A stretch of DNA of 64,000 bases. It comes from an uncultured Rhabdochlamydiaceae bacterium. GTDB lineage: Bacteria > Chlamydiota > Chlamydiia > Chlamydiales > Rhabdochlamydiaceae. A program made the position numbers and the translations under genes. Of this stretch, positions 35,511 through 46,307 are shown one piece after another (the stretch's first letter is position 1; each line of letters opens with the position of its first letter). The notes under the pieces are model-generated. The model saw nothing but the letters and a program-made list of their open reading frames with translations, was not told the DNA's origin and did not search any database. The stretch lies in NCBI GenBank assembly GCA_963736155.1, contig CAVTNO010000002.1, forward strand, positions 18,525-82,524. The letters are read 5' to 3'.

Positions 35511-36767
35511 ATGTTCGCCATGAGCATAACCTTTCGAACAGCAAAAATTCAAGAGCTTGATTCCTATGAAGAAAAACTTGTAAATGAAAAGTTGACATAC
35601 AGGAAAATAAGCAATTGCATCAACGAGTGGGTTATTAAAGGTTGTGGAGTTGGAATCTTCTCACTACCTCTTACTTTTAGTATCAAGTTGTCTTTTATCG
35701 CAAGCGTTTCAGTCGCCACTATTGGCTCCCTTTATGACATTTACTGCATCTATGCGAATCATGCGAATCTCCGTAATCACGCGTTGCATGAACTATCCGG
35801 GCTCTCTCTTACCGAACGTATGGAGAATAAATTTCAAAGAATTCAAACAATTTTAGGTTTTCCTCCCGTACGAAAAGAAGTGATTAGACGAGCACTGCAA
35901 CTTGAAGTGCCCTTAGCTCTGAAAGCAGTGAATGAGCCTACAGGCGACGCTGTGGTTATTTACTGCCTCGACACTTTTTTAATGCTTCTTTGCAATAAAC
36001 TGGACCCAAAAGATGTGGTAGCTTTAGCACGAACGTGCACGGGTTTATACGACAAGATGCGATCGATCAACTTTATCAATCATAAATATTGCCAGGCTAT
36101 CTTAGGAGACAGCCCGATCCTTCCCAAGCAAGAGTCGCTGGGAATTAATGCTCTTGCGTATCGCCCTCAAGATTCGGTGGGACATTTTCGTGAATACGCT
36201 GAGCTTTTCTCACCTCTTGGCATCGCTCGCGGTAGAGATTGGCTTCTTCTGGACGGAGTGCATGGGGGAGGTAGATGGAACTCCGATGAAGCTCTTCCTC
36301 GATTGGTACTTGTAGATCTTAGAGAAGGGAAAAATTTCCAAAGCTTTTACGTAGAATTGAGAGAACATTGGAAACCTGATAGGTTCTCCATTGTGCTTGA
36401 TCCAGAAACTGAATGGCCGAATAAAATTTATTGCTTGGACTCTTTTCATGGAAAAGTCCAGACGTGTGATGTGCGTGTAGAAAATGACCGCATCGTTATA
36501 AAAATTGTCGATACAGTGCAAGCTGCAATGGATACAGTTCACGGAGAATGGGTCAAAGTAAATAAGGGTGTGTTCGTTTGGACATCTCGCTCAACTCATA
36601 ATTTTGCCATGTTAAACCCTCAAACGGGCGGGTTTAACATCCATCAGATTGAGCTTCCGCAAGGACATCGAATTGCCGATATCCAGGTAAGCCCCGAAAG
36701 CAACCTCATCCGCTGGCTGGAAAAAGGTCCCGACAACCAAGAACAGTGGCATGCTCGAAAAATTTAA
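35511..36767 (+). CDS. membrane-anchored (Inc-like hydrophobic pair) F-box-like protein inserted between rpsO and pnp
   Basis: The track ORF starts at 35466 but would include the rpsO terminator, so I prefer the ATG at 35511 or 35520. The hydrophobic pair is GCGVGIFSLPLTFSI-K-LSFIASVSVATIGSLYDIYCIY. The F-box-like segment is LDTFLMLLCNKLDPKDVVALARTCTGLYDKM. A TTGTTA-N16-TATAAT promoter-like motif lies at 35484-35511. Confidence 0.6.
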   Translation: MFAMSITFRTAKIQELDSYEEKLVNEKLTYRKISNCINEWVIKGCGVGIFSLPLTFSIKLSFIASVSVATIGSLYDIYCIYANHANLRNHALHELSGLSLTERMENKFQRIQTILGFPPVRKEVIRRALQLEVPLALKAVNEPTGDAVVIYCLDTFLMLLCNKLDPKDVVALARTCTGLYDKMRSINFINHKYCQAILGDSPILPKQESLGINALAYRPQDSVGHFREYAELFSPLGIARGRDWLLLDGVHGGGRWNSDEALPRLVLVDLREGKNFQSFYVELREHWKPDRFSIVLDPETEWPNKIYCLDSFHGKVQTCDVRVENDRIVIKIVDTVQAAMDTVHGEWVKVNKGVFVWTSRSTHNFAMLNPQTGGFNIHQIELPQGHRIADIQVSPESNLIRWLEKGPDNQEQWHARKI

Positions 36768-36807
36768 TTTTCCCCTAATCCTCCAGACCTGATATAATCG
36801 ACCATCT

Positions 36808-36880
36808 GAAGTATCGAAATTCTTTTTGACGCAAGGCGAGTGGTTACAGTCGCCTTCCGTCAGAAAGAAATTGATTCTTC
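36808..36880 (+). promoter_or_regulatory. long imperfect hairpin in the pnp 5' leader, preceded by an extended -10 (TGaTATAAT, 36790-36798)
   Basis: A stem of about 30 bp: GAAGTATCGAAATTCTTTTTGACGCAAGGCGA pairs with TCGCCTTCCGTCAGAAAGAAATTGATTCTTC around a short (8-10 nt) loop. It ends 26 nt before the pnp ATG. Confidence 0.5.
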
Positions 36881-36906
36881 AGAATAAACTAAAAATTTGA
36901 GGAATC

Positions 36907-39021
36907 ATGAATAAAAATTCACGTACAATTTCAGTTGCAGGACGAGATATCGTCTTCGAAACTGGCAAACTAGCAAAACTGGCCCACGGCTCAGTGACTG
37001 TCCGCTCAGGAGAAACCATCCTGCTTGCGACGGCCTGCAGAGGCGCTGTTCCATCCGATGAAACCGACTTTCTGCCGCTGCGCGTTGACTATGTTGAGAA
37101 ATTTTCTTCCGCAGGAAAAACCCTCGGCGGATTTATTAAACGGGAAGGAAGACCTTCTGAAAAAGAAGTTCTCACCTGCCGCCTGATCGACAGACCCATT
37201 AGACCGATGTTCGAAGACGGCTATGTCAACGACATGCAGCTTCTAGTCTACGTTCTCTCTTATGACGGCATTCATCTGCCAGATCCTCTTGCGATCTGCG
37301 CTGCATCAGCCGCACTCGTCATTTCAGATATCCCCCTTATTAAGCCGATTGCCGGCGTCAGAATCGGACTCCTCGATGATAAATTCATTGTCAATCCGAC
37401 GTTCCAAGAGATGGAAAAATCGAAGCTCGACCTCGTGATTGCAGGAACCGAAGATGCGATCCTGATGATTGAAGGCTATTGCGACTTCCTGTCAGAAGAA
37501 CAAGTTTTGGAAGCGATCCAGGAAGGACAAGCGGCGATCCGTACGATTTGCCAAGGCCTTCACGAGTGGCAAAAAGTCGTTGGAAAACCGAAAGTCCGCG
37601 GACAGCTCCGTGTTCCTTCAGAAGAACTCATTAAAGAAATCAGAAGCATCGTGGGCGAAGATCTCAATCAAGCCTACCGCATCAAAGATAAAACCGAGCG
37701 GAATGAAGCTGTAGCCACAGCTAAAGAGAAGCTCATGACGGCTCTTTTCCCTAAAGACAAAGAACATGCACATTCAAAAGTGCTCGTAAAAATGGGCTTT
37801 AAGAAAGTCTCTGCCGATATCATGCGCGAGATGATCTTGAAAGAGAACGTCCGTGCTGACGGCCGTACGCCTGATCAAGTCCGCCATATCTCTTCCGAGA
37901 CGGGCCTTCTCCCAAGAACGCACGGAAGCGCCCTCTTTACACGCGGAGAGACGCAATCTCTTGCTGTATGTACCTTAGGAAGCGAACAGATGGGTCAGCG
38001 ATATGAGACGCTCGAAGGCGAAAGCACCAGACGCTTCTACCTCCAATATTTCTTCCCACCATTTTCTGTCGGTGAAGTCGGACGCATGGGCTCACCTGGA
38101 CGCCGCGAAATCGGCCATGGCAAGCTCGCTGAGAGATCTCTCGAAGCTGTCCTCCCAACACAGGAAGCCTTCCCCTACGTTATTCGCTTAGAGTCTAACA
38201 TCCTAGAGTCCAACGGCTCGTCTTCTATGGCGTCGGTCTGCGGCGGATGCTTGGCGCTGATGGATGCAGGCGTGCCAATTAAACGACCTGTCTCCGGTAT
38301 CGCGATGGGCCTTATTTTAGAAGGAACCCATTTTGCAATCCTCTCCGACATCCTCGGTGATGAAGATGCTCTCGGCGACATGGACTTCAAAATTGCCGGC
38401 GACCATGATGGTATTTCCGCCTTCCAAATGGACATCAAGATCGAAGGGATCACTCCACAGATCATGAAAGCGGCCTTGGCCCAAGCTAAGCAAGGACGGC
38501 TCCATATTCTCAGCAAGATGCTGGAATCCCTCGCAAAACCTAAGGACCACCTCTCTAAATACGCGCCGCGCATTGAATCGGTTCAAGTGAAACCTAGCAA
38601 GATCGGCACCGTCATTGGACCCGGCGGCAAAATGATCCGATCCATCATCGAAGAGTCAGGCGCGCAGATCGATATCGACGACAGCGGAGTGATTAGCATT
38701 TCTGCAAACAATCCTGAATCGATCGAAAAAGCCAAAGCGATGATCCTTAACCTCGTCTCCGATGTAGAAATCGGCAAAACCTACCATGGACAAATCGTGT
38801 CGATTGTAGCGTTCGGGGCTTTTGTTAAAATCTTTGATAAAGAAGGACTCCTCCATATCTCTGAATACGACCACCGCCGCATCAACAACCTGAATGAAGT
38901 GTGCAAAGTGGGCGATTTCGTCGATGTGAAGGTGCTTGATGTCAATGACCGTGGGCAGATCAAGCTGAGCCGCAAAGCGCTCATCCCGCCTCCTCAGCAT
39001 GCAGTCACACCCGGCGGCTGA
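36907..39021 (+). CDS. pnp: polyribonucleotide nucleotidyltransferase (PNPase)
   Basis: 704 aa with two RNase PH domains, a KH domain ([11 protein letters not shown]) and an S1 domain ([20 protein letters not shown]). Confidence 0.95.
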   Translation: MNKNSRTISVAGRDIVFETGKLAKLAHGSVTVRSGETILLATACRGAVPSDETDFLPLRVDYVEKFSSAGKTLGGFIKREGRPSEKEVLTCRLIDRPIRPMFEDGYVNDMQLLVYVLSYDGIHLPDPLAICAASAALVISDIPLIKPIAGVRIGLLDDKFIVNPTFQEMEKSKLDLVIAGTEDAILMIEGYCDFLSEEQVLEAIQEGQAAIRTICQGLHEWQKVVGKPKVRGQLRVPSEELIKEIRSIVGEDLNQAYRIKDKTERNEAVATAKEKLMTALFPKDKEHAHSKVLVKMGFKKVSADIMREMILKENVRADGRTPDQVRHISSETGLLPRTHGSALFTRGETQSLAVCTLGSEQMGQRYETLEGESTRRFYLQYFFPPFSVGEVGRMGSPGRREIGHGKLAERSLEAVLPTQEAFPYVIRLESNILESNGSSSMASVCGGCLALMDAGVPIKRPVSGIAMGLILEGTHFAILSDILGDEDALGDMDFKIAGDHDGISAFQMDIKIEGITPQIMKAALAQAKQGRLHILSKMLESLAKPKDHLSKYAPRIESVQVKPSKIGTVIGPGGKMIRSIIEESGAQIDIDDSGVISISANNPESIEKAKAMILNLVSDVEIGKTYHGQIVSIVAFGAFVKIFDKEGLLHISEYDHRRINNLNEVCKVGDFVDVKVLDVNDRGQIKLSRKALIPPPQHAVTPGG

Positions 39022-39032
39022 TGCCTTTTCTC

Positions 39033-39061
39033 AAGAGGTCCCATCTTTGGGACCTCTTTTT
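39033..39061 (+). terminator. rho-independent terminator of pnp
   Basis: AAGAGGTCCCA tctt TGGGACCTCTT followed by TTT. Confidence 0.7.
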
Positions 39062-39204
39062 ATTTAAAGAAAATACTTTACACCTATCATCTAGTTAACT
39101 CAACAAGCTAAAATCAAGCCACTTACATCATAGTTAACAACTAATAGTTATTAATTATAATTTTAGTTATAATTGTACTTATATTTTTAATAATAGGCAC
39201 AATT

Positions 39205-41317
39205 ATGACACAAAGCGTAAATAACAATAATAATGTTCCCCTGACTGCGAATAATCCTCAGTCTGCACCAATCAGCACCTCTTGGTGGAGCTCCATATTT
39301 GGACGAAGCGCCCCAATCCCTGAACTCCATGAAGATGACTTTATTGATTTTGGAACTGAAGATGACACTGCGAGCCCCAGCAAAGTTGATAGCGATCTCA
39401 GTGAAGAGGGCTTTGTTGATATTACGGTTGATAGACAACCCCCAAAGCCAGTCAACAGCCTATTACAGGCTATAAGAAACATCTTTAAGTCGGTCTTTTT
39501 CCAGGATGCTACAGACGCTGTTTTAGCTTCTAATCTGCATGGCAATGTAAAGGTCGATTTATCGAGTGGGCTGTCAGTATCTGCCAACGCAACTCTTTTT
39601 GAGAAAGTAACCTGCGACATCAAAGTTGTGTTTTCTAAAACGGCTTCGGGAAAAGAGACATTGGAAGTTAAAGAGTTCCATCCGTTCTTTACCAAGCTGC
39701 TGGAAGGTGAAAAAATCGCTGGGCAAATTAAAGATCTAAACGAGCTAAAAGAAGTTCTTCAAGCAATCCCCCATCAGAAAGCATCGATCGAATGGCTTGG
39801 GTCTGAAAAAACGGCCGTCGTGATCATGCAGCTTCCCGGCAGTACCCGTATTGAGATTGCGATTAACTTTCCTAAGGGTCTTGCCAAAATAGCCGAAGAT
39901 CTTCCGTTTATTCTTGCCGAAATGATCCCTGGAGCCTTCCATAAATTGCTGCCGGGCCTTTTGCCGCTGCTGAATGAAAATTTCAGATTTGAGTGGAATG
40001 GAGAGACCAGGCAATTTGCGCTTGAGTTTGAATCATGCGAGTACATCAAAATTGAGAATCTAACGCTTGTAGAAACCGGATTCATCGCAACACTGGCGAA
40101 ACAATTTGGAAATTGGGTCTTCGATCAAACTTCCTCAAAGAATTGCCGGAACGATCCATCCTACTAAGCAGTTGATTGAGTTTGAAAAAGACACCACGTT
40201 CAGAATCAAATTTGGACAACACTTGGGAAAAGAGATGATCCTTATAAAAGTATCGTATGATGAGAACGAAGTGAAATTAGGTTTAAATACTCATGAAGAA
40301 GTGATCGATTTAAAAACGTCTCGCGTCAAAGATGTGGGCATTACATTTGCCACAAAACCGAGCTCTAAGCGCCCCTATTCGAAGAGCATGCTTGAGTTCA
40401 ATGCTCAAGACCCTAATGATTCCGCACCTAACCCCATTTTAGAAAAACTTAAATCAACCCTTCTCAGCAAAGCGCCAGTAGAATATCAACCTTTCTTCAG
40501 CAAGCTGCTGGCTTCTCCTCTCAATGTAGATGTTGCGTTCAGCTTGCAAAATAGTCAATCCATCACCGCTACCATCCAGCTGCCCGATGATCTGAGTTGC
40601 AAAGTCGATCTCACCATCCCAACCGATAGTAAACCTCATCGGAAAGTCAACCTTGATAAGAAAATCATGAATCAGCTGAGTGCAAAACTGGATGAACATA
40701 AAGAAGACTATCATATCGAACAAATCCTAGCGCTGGTTGCATCTCTTCCAACGCTCGATGTAAATTTACACTGGAATGGCACGACAGGAACCGTTAATTT
40801 AGATATCGATTTACCCGGCGGAGCAAATTTCAAAATAGAGCTTAAGGCGCCGCAGCTTATGGGGAAAGGCGTGCAAGATCTGCCTCCTGTCCTTACAACC
40901 CTACTCTCTAAGCTTCCTCAGTATGTGCAAATCGAGCAGCTTTTTAACAGCATTAGACCGCTGATTTCAAGCAATTTCCATTTGAATTGGAATGGTGCAA
41001 ACTCTACATTCAAGCTGGGATTCGACGAGCAGCAGCAAGTGCATATCAAATCAGTCAAGCTGCCAGAAAAAGGATTTTTGGACTTCATGAAGACGTTTAT
41101 CGGAGAAAACTCTTTCATCAGACTGCCAAAGCAGATCCAAGCAGCTGTGGATTTCGAGAAATCGGTATTTAAGTTCTCACCAAAGGCTGTGCTTCAGTTT
41201 AAAAGCGGCATCCTCGTAAAAGACATTGACCTTACCCAGGTCAGCTATGATGCAGATGGAAAGATCATCCGGGTTGATTACAGATGTTTCGGAAAAAGAG
41301 CGAGCTCATTGACATGA
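39205..41317 (+). pseudogene. large hypothetical protein made of two ~370-aa internal repeats, split by one frameshift near 40120-40125 as sequenced
   Basis: ORFs 39205-40167 and 40106-41317. Joining them reproduces the repeat-unit end: GFIATLAKQFGNWVF|IKLPQRIAGTIHPTKQLIEFEKD versus GFLDFMKTFIGENSFIRLPKQIQAAVDFEKS. The N-terminus is disordered and Asn-rich. Confidence 0.6.
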
Positions 41318-41385
41318 ACGAGTCCAAACCTGAGAACGGCGAAGTCAAGATCGACTACGTCATCGGTCCTGTTCCCAATAAATAA

Positions 41386-42075
41386 TCACTTCGGAGGCAG
41401 CTCTGACGTTATTTTTGCTTCCAGAGTCTCGAGGGCAAGCTGGGAATGCTGACAACCCCTATCTGCCGCCATTTGTAACCAGTAAGCGCCCAATTCATCA
41501 GATTGTTCAAAACCTATGCCACTGGCACACATCACTCCAAGGAAACGCTGGGCATCAAGATTCCCATTTAAAGCTGACATAGTCATCCAATTTTCAGACT
41601 CTGGATAAGACTGAAGAACACCCTGACCATTGAAAAAAAAGCTTCCAACACTGAATTGCGCATCCGCATTGCCTTTGGTTGCGGCTTTAAAATACCATTT
41701 TGCAGCTTCAGAATACGATACTGGGACTCCAGTGCCGAGCTCATATCTACGTCCAATGTTGAGCTCTGCGAGGGCACTGCAATTTTTATCAGTGACCATG
41801 GGCAGCCGGTTTAATACCTCTAAACAGAACAAAAGATACGGTTTGGCCTCACTGTTGATAGGGTCGATGAAGACTGCAGACGTAAGGAAATTCCTTGCAT
41901 CTTTGAAATAGCCATCATTAATTAAAGCTATTCCTTGCATGCATAAAAACTCGGACGCACGAATTTTTAGTGAAGCCGAATGTGTAGGTAACCGTGAAGC
42001 CTTAATAGGGCATGTAGAAATTGCGCTTAAAGCCATCATGCCAAAGTTAATAACCGATAGAATAATTGAAATCAT
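41386..42075 (-). CDS. Sel1-like repeat (SLR) protein with signal peptide
   Basis: 229 aa with repeats such as AELNIGRRYELGTGVPVSYSEAAKWYFKAATKGNADAQFSVGSFFFNGQGV. Confidence 0.75.
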   Translation of the reverse strand: MISIILSVINFGMMALSAISTCPIKASRLPTHSASLKIRASEFLCMQGIALINDGYFKDARNFLTSAVFIDPINSEAKPYLLFCLEVLNRLPMVTDKNCSALAELNIGRRYELGTGVPVSYSEAAKWYFKAATKGNADAQFSVGSFFFNGQGVLQSYPESENWMTMSALNGNLDAQRFLGVMCASGIGFEQSDELGAYWLQMAADRGCQHSQLALETLEAKITSELPPK

Positions 42076-42116
42076 TAAAAAGAAACATTTGCCATCCCGA
42101 AGGATGGCAATGTGAA

Positions 42117-44824
42117 TTAAGCTTGTTGAGGCTCGGGGGTATCGGATGCAGGCCCAGTTTTGACGGGAGCTGATGCAGGCGATTTTCTTTGAAGATTTTC
42201 AGTCGCTTTAAGGCGGGCTTCTTTCTTCACATCTGTCCAAGTTCCATCCATCATCTCTTTGACGTCTTCTTTATCAAGCGTTTCAAACTTAATAAGCATT
42301 TTGGTCATGAGTTCGACTTTATCCCGATTCTTGTTGATGATCTCAATGGCTTGCTCATGGGCCAGATCCATCATTTTGCGCACTTCGGCGTCGATCTGCT
42401 TGGCGGTCTCTTCTGAATAGCTTCTCTCGGCCATACTATTCATGCCAAGGTATTGGCCTTCGCCAGTGCGCTCGTCATAAGCAACTGTTCCAAGAGGGCT
42501 CATGCCCCATTCGCACACCATGCTGCGTGCAAGGCGTGTAGCTTGCGTGATATCCATTTGAGCGCCGCAGGACATATCTCCAACGAAGATCTCTTCGGCA
42601 GCGCGTCCACCCATAAGGACCGCGAGTTGGTCGATCAGCTCTTTTTTCCAGTAGCTGAGGCGGTTTTTCTTGGGCATGAAATGGGTAGCGCCGAGTGACA
42701 TTCCTCGAGGAATAATGGTCACTTTATCAACCGGATCAGATGATTTCACAACGAGGGCGACAATCGCATGGCCTGATTCATGATAAGCCGTAGTCGCTTT
42801 TCATTGTCATCGATCTCTAAGCTTCTGCGCTCTTTGCCGTATCTGACCTTGTCAACAGCCTCACGCGCTTCTTGAGCGGTCACAGCTGTTCGGTTGCGGC
42901 GGGCAGCCAAGAGTGCTGCTTCGTTCAGAATATTGGCCAGATCGGCTCCGGACGCTCCGGGAGTTCCACGGGCGATATCCATGAGGTCGACTGAGGGGTC
43001 GAGCTTGATCTTGCGGGCATGAACTTTCAGGATGTCGAATCGTCCTTTGATATCTGGAAGATCGATCACGACGCGTCTATCAAAACGGCCGGGTCTTAAA
43101 AGGGCTTTATCAAGAACGTCAGGACGGTTTGTTGCAGCGATCAGGATGATGCCTTCTGTCGCATCGAATCCATCCATCTCAACGAGAAGCTGGTTCAGAG
43201 TTTGTTCACGCTCGTCATGTCCTCCGCCGATGCCTGCGCCGCGGTGGCGGCCGACAGCGTCGATCTCATCCATGAAGATGATGCAAGGTGCATATTTGCG
43301 GGCTTCGTTGAACATGTCGCGGATACGGCTGGCGCCGACGCCGACGAACATTTCAACAAAGTCGGATCCGGAGATGAAGAAGAACGGTCTATCGGCTTCT
43401 CCTGCAACGGCTTTTGCAATGAGAGTTTTACCGGTTCCTGGAGCTCCAACGCAGAGCACGCCTTTCGGGATGCGGGCGCCAAGGGCTGTGAATTTACCCG
43501 GATCTTTTAAAAATTCGACGATCTCCTGGAGTTCTTCTTTGGCTTCATCGCAGCCGGCGACATCTTTAAATGTCACTTTATTGCGGTCTTTGGTGAGGAG
43601 CTTTGCAGGCGACTTTCCAAAATTCATCGCGCCGCTGCCGGCTCCTTTCATTTGACGGGCAAAGATAAAGTAGAACAAGAATCCGAGGAGCAAGAAAGGC
43701 AGTATGGTGAAAAGCACGCCCAGATAGTTCGGGGATGGCTCTTCGCTTTTGAATGTTTTGTCCAAAACGAGCGTACGCGGCTGGTCCGGCACTTTAAAGA
43801 TGGTGCCTTTATTCGAAGGAAATGCGTCCCACTCTTTCTTGGCTTGCGCAAACCAGTGAGAGAATGTTTCTGGGTCTTGCTTTTCCAAGGAGCGTGTTGA
43901 GAGCTCCTGGTTGTTGAAGAACCACGATACGGTAGCGACGGCCTCGCGGGCTTTATCGAGCTGGACGTCGTTTTTCGCTGAATCTTCGGTGATTTGGGTG
44001 AGCTGTCCGACATCACCTAAATAGCTTCTAACGGAGCGGAGCTGCACCAAACGGGCATTGTCCTGCTCGGTATTCAGCTGAGTGACGATCCCTTGAAGCT
44101 GGGATAAAACATTTGAGTAGACGGCGAGCTGTTCTTGCGAGGATGCTGCTGGAGCTGCAAGGGCCTGGTCTAATGATTTCAGCTGCAGCTTGAGCGGTTC
44201 GCTGCCAATACCCAGTGCCGTTGATTTAAATCCAACGAGGAGCGTGCTGAGCTCTTTACCATAGTTAGTTATTTCGCTGCTGGAGGGCGGATACGCTTTT
44301 TGAAGCTCGGCAAGAGAGACAATCGGCTTATCGGAGAGCGTTTTGAGAACGATGCCGTTTTCGCGGTCAGGCGTGTCATACATCGGGCTGACAATCCAGT
44401 AGCCGTTTTCAGGAATGGGAAGTCCGCTTAAGTGAAGAAACCAGTCGGCAGAGTCAAGAACGCCTTTTTGCAGCGATGTGAGATCGGTTTGCACTTTTTG
44501 CTGATTTTCCACGAGCTCATTATGGCGGCTCAGAAGTCCTAAATATGTGTAGCGGGCTCTTGCGTCATCGGTAATGCGGTCGCGGAATTTTCCGGTGAGC
44601 GTGACCAGGTTATCGTTTTGGGCAATTTTGCGGCTCTCGCTCGGTTGGATCAAATCAAGGTCGACCAGATGTTCGACCTGGTGGCTGAAGGCGACTTTAG
44701 CCGTCTGTCCGCTGGATAGGTTCTGGACCGTCAAGAAAATGAGGAGCGCAGCGAGTAAAAAAATAACAAACCCGCCTGGGAACCCTTTTTTCTGTTCGGG
44801 TTTTTGCTTATTGTCGTCGTTCAT
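42117..44824 (-). pseudogene. ftsH: ATP-dependent zinc metalloprotease FtsH (long chlamydial-type N-terminal domain), split by one frameshift at an A/T4 run (42798-42801) as sequenced
   Basis: ORF 42746-44824 has Walker [10 protein letters not shown], Walker [10 protein letters not shown] and the SRH region. The zinc motif reads [16 protein letters not shown] only in the frame of ORF 42117-42749, which continues [16 protein letters not shown]. Confidence 0.9.
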
Positions 44825-44902
44825 GTAATTTAACCTAACCCTTTTAAAATTAAACCAGCAAATCGTGTTTTCGTAAAGGAAAACACGGAAATTCTAGTGC
44901 CC

Positions 44903-45787
44903 CTAGAGATTCAAATAATCTTTTTGCATTATTAATGCAAGCTCTATAGATTTCTGGGGATCTTCAGACCGCAGCTTTTTGGCAAGGATTGAGAGCTCTT
45001 CCCTCGACAACCCCCGGCTTCTCGATTTAAGAAAAAATTCCAAGACTATCTCATCGCACTCTTTTAAATCGGCAATTTTTTGCTCCAGAAGGCCGCTCGC
45101 GGCCTTTGTGAGATGCGCCTCGAGCTTTTGGGCTCTCTCCCCGAGCAGGCATAAATTTTTTACAATCGACTTGCCAAACGCCTCCTCCAGCTGAGGAAGA
45201 ATCGACGATCTAAGCCTTCCCCTCAGGTATTTGGGGTCGAGATTCGTGCTGTCGGTGAAGTAGGAAATCCCTCGCTTCTCGAGCCACTGGACGAGCTCTT
45301 TTTTTGAGACGTTTAATAGAGGCCGCCAAAGGTTCATAGAAACTTCTTTCATGCCTCCGCAGGATGAGAGGGCGGCTCCCTCAAAAATCCTTTTGAGAAC
45401 GGTCTCGGCCTGATCTTCCATCTGATGGGCCAGCAGGATCGATTGCGCTCCAATCTCATCTGCGATCTGTTTCAGCTTCTCATACCGTCCATCCCTGGCC
45501 GCTACTTCTTTCATCGGAAGATCCGTCAAGGTCCGCAGATGGAAAACAAGCCCCAGCCCCTCAACTTCGGCTTTAAGCTTTTGAGCCTCTTCCGCGCTCT
45601 CATCCCTCCATCCATGGTCGATGTGGGCCACTTGAATCTCTAGATCAAAAAAAGTCTGTGCCTCCAGCAAAAGATAAAGCAGCGCCTTGGAATCGGGCCC
45701 GCCCGAGCAGGCCAGCAAAACCGGCGATCCGGCCTTCCAGTGTCTGGATAAAAAATGTTTGAGTTCACTGAGAGCTTGTGAGTACAT
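44903..45787 (-). CDS. tilS: tRNA(Ile)-lysidine synthase
   Basis: 294 aa with the PP-loop LLACSGGPDSKAL. Confidence 0.85.
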   Translation of the reverse strand: MYSQALSELKHFLSRHWKAGSPVLLACSGGPDSKALLYLLLEAQTFFDLEIQVAHIDHGWRDESAEEAQKLKAEVEGLGLVFHLRTLTDLPMKEVAARDGRYEKLKQIADEIGAQSILLAHQMEDQAETVLKRIFEGAALSSCGGMKEVSMNLWRPLLNVSKKELVQWLEKRGISYFTDSTNLDPKYLRGRLRSSILPQLEEAFGKSIVKNLCLLGERAQKLEAHLTKAASGLLEQKIADLKECDEIVLEFFLKSRSRGLSREELSILAKKLRSEDPQKSIELALIMQKDYLNL

Positions 45788-46283
45788 AAATATCGGTTAT
45801 GAATCCATTGTAATTGGCTTTTTTTTCAACATGAAATCCCAGCCGCGCGGACAGTTTTTGACTTCGAAAATTTTGCGGGTCGATAATGGAGATGAGCCGG
45901 GGAAGCTTCAGCGTCTTAAAAGCATAATCAATAATCGGCTGGCACGCTTCATAGACAAGCCCCTTCCCCCAATAAGCTGGGAAGATGCGGAACGCAAGTT
46001 CAATTTCAGAAACCTTATCGATCACTTGCGGTATGAGCCCCGCAAAACCGATTAATTCATGATCTAAAAAAAGCGCCCAAAGGCCCCAGCCCCTCTCGTC
46101 ATAAATTTTTAAAATCCTCTCTTCAAACATCTTCTTTGCTTCATCTCCAAACACAGGCCCCTTCAATGAAAACCGCATCACTTCAGGGTCGGCCACGAGC
46201 GCCGCATACCCATTGAAGTTTTCCCAAGTGAATTTTTTAATCGTTAAACGATCCGTTTGAAACATAAGGTGGAATAATACCAT
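45765..46283 (-). CDS. GNAT-family N-acetyltransferase (RimJ/RimL-like)
   Basis: 172 aa with the acetyl-CoA motif region FRIFPAYWGKGLVYEA. Confidence 0.7.
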   Translation of the reverse strand: MVLFHLMFQTDRLTIKKFTWENFNGYAALVADPEVMRFSLKGPVFGDEAKKMFEERILKIYDERGWGLWALFLDHELIGFAGLIPQVIDKVSEIELAFRIFPAYWGKGLVYEACQPIIDYAFKTLKLPRLISIIDPQNFRSQKLSARLGFHVEKKANYNGFITDIYVLTSSQ

Positions 46284-46307
46284 GGATCTGAAGTAAAATA
46301 CAGCCTT

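Noticed and set aside
42798-42801. Programmed -1/+1 ribosomal frameshifting as an explanation for the ftsH (and metG) breaks
   Set aside because: I see no canonical slippery heptamer or downstream stimulatory structure. Several unrelated genes are affected in the same way. Sequencing indels are the simpler explanation.
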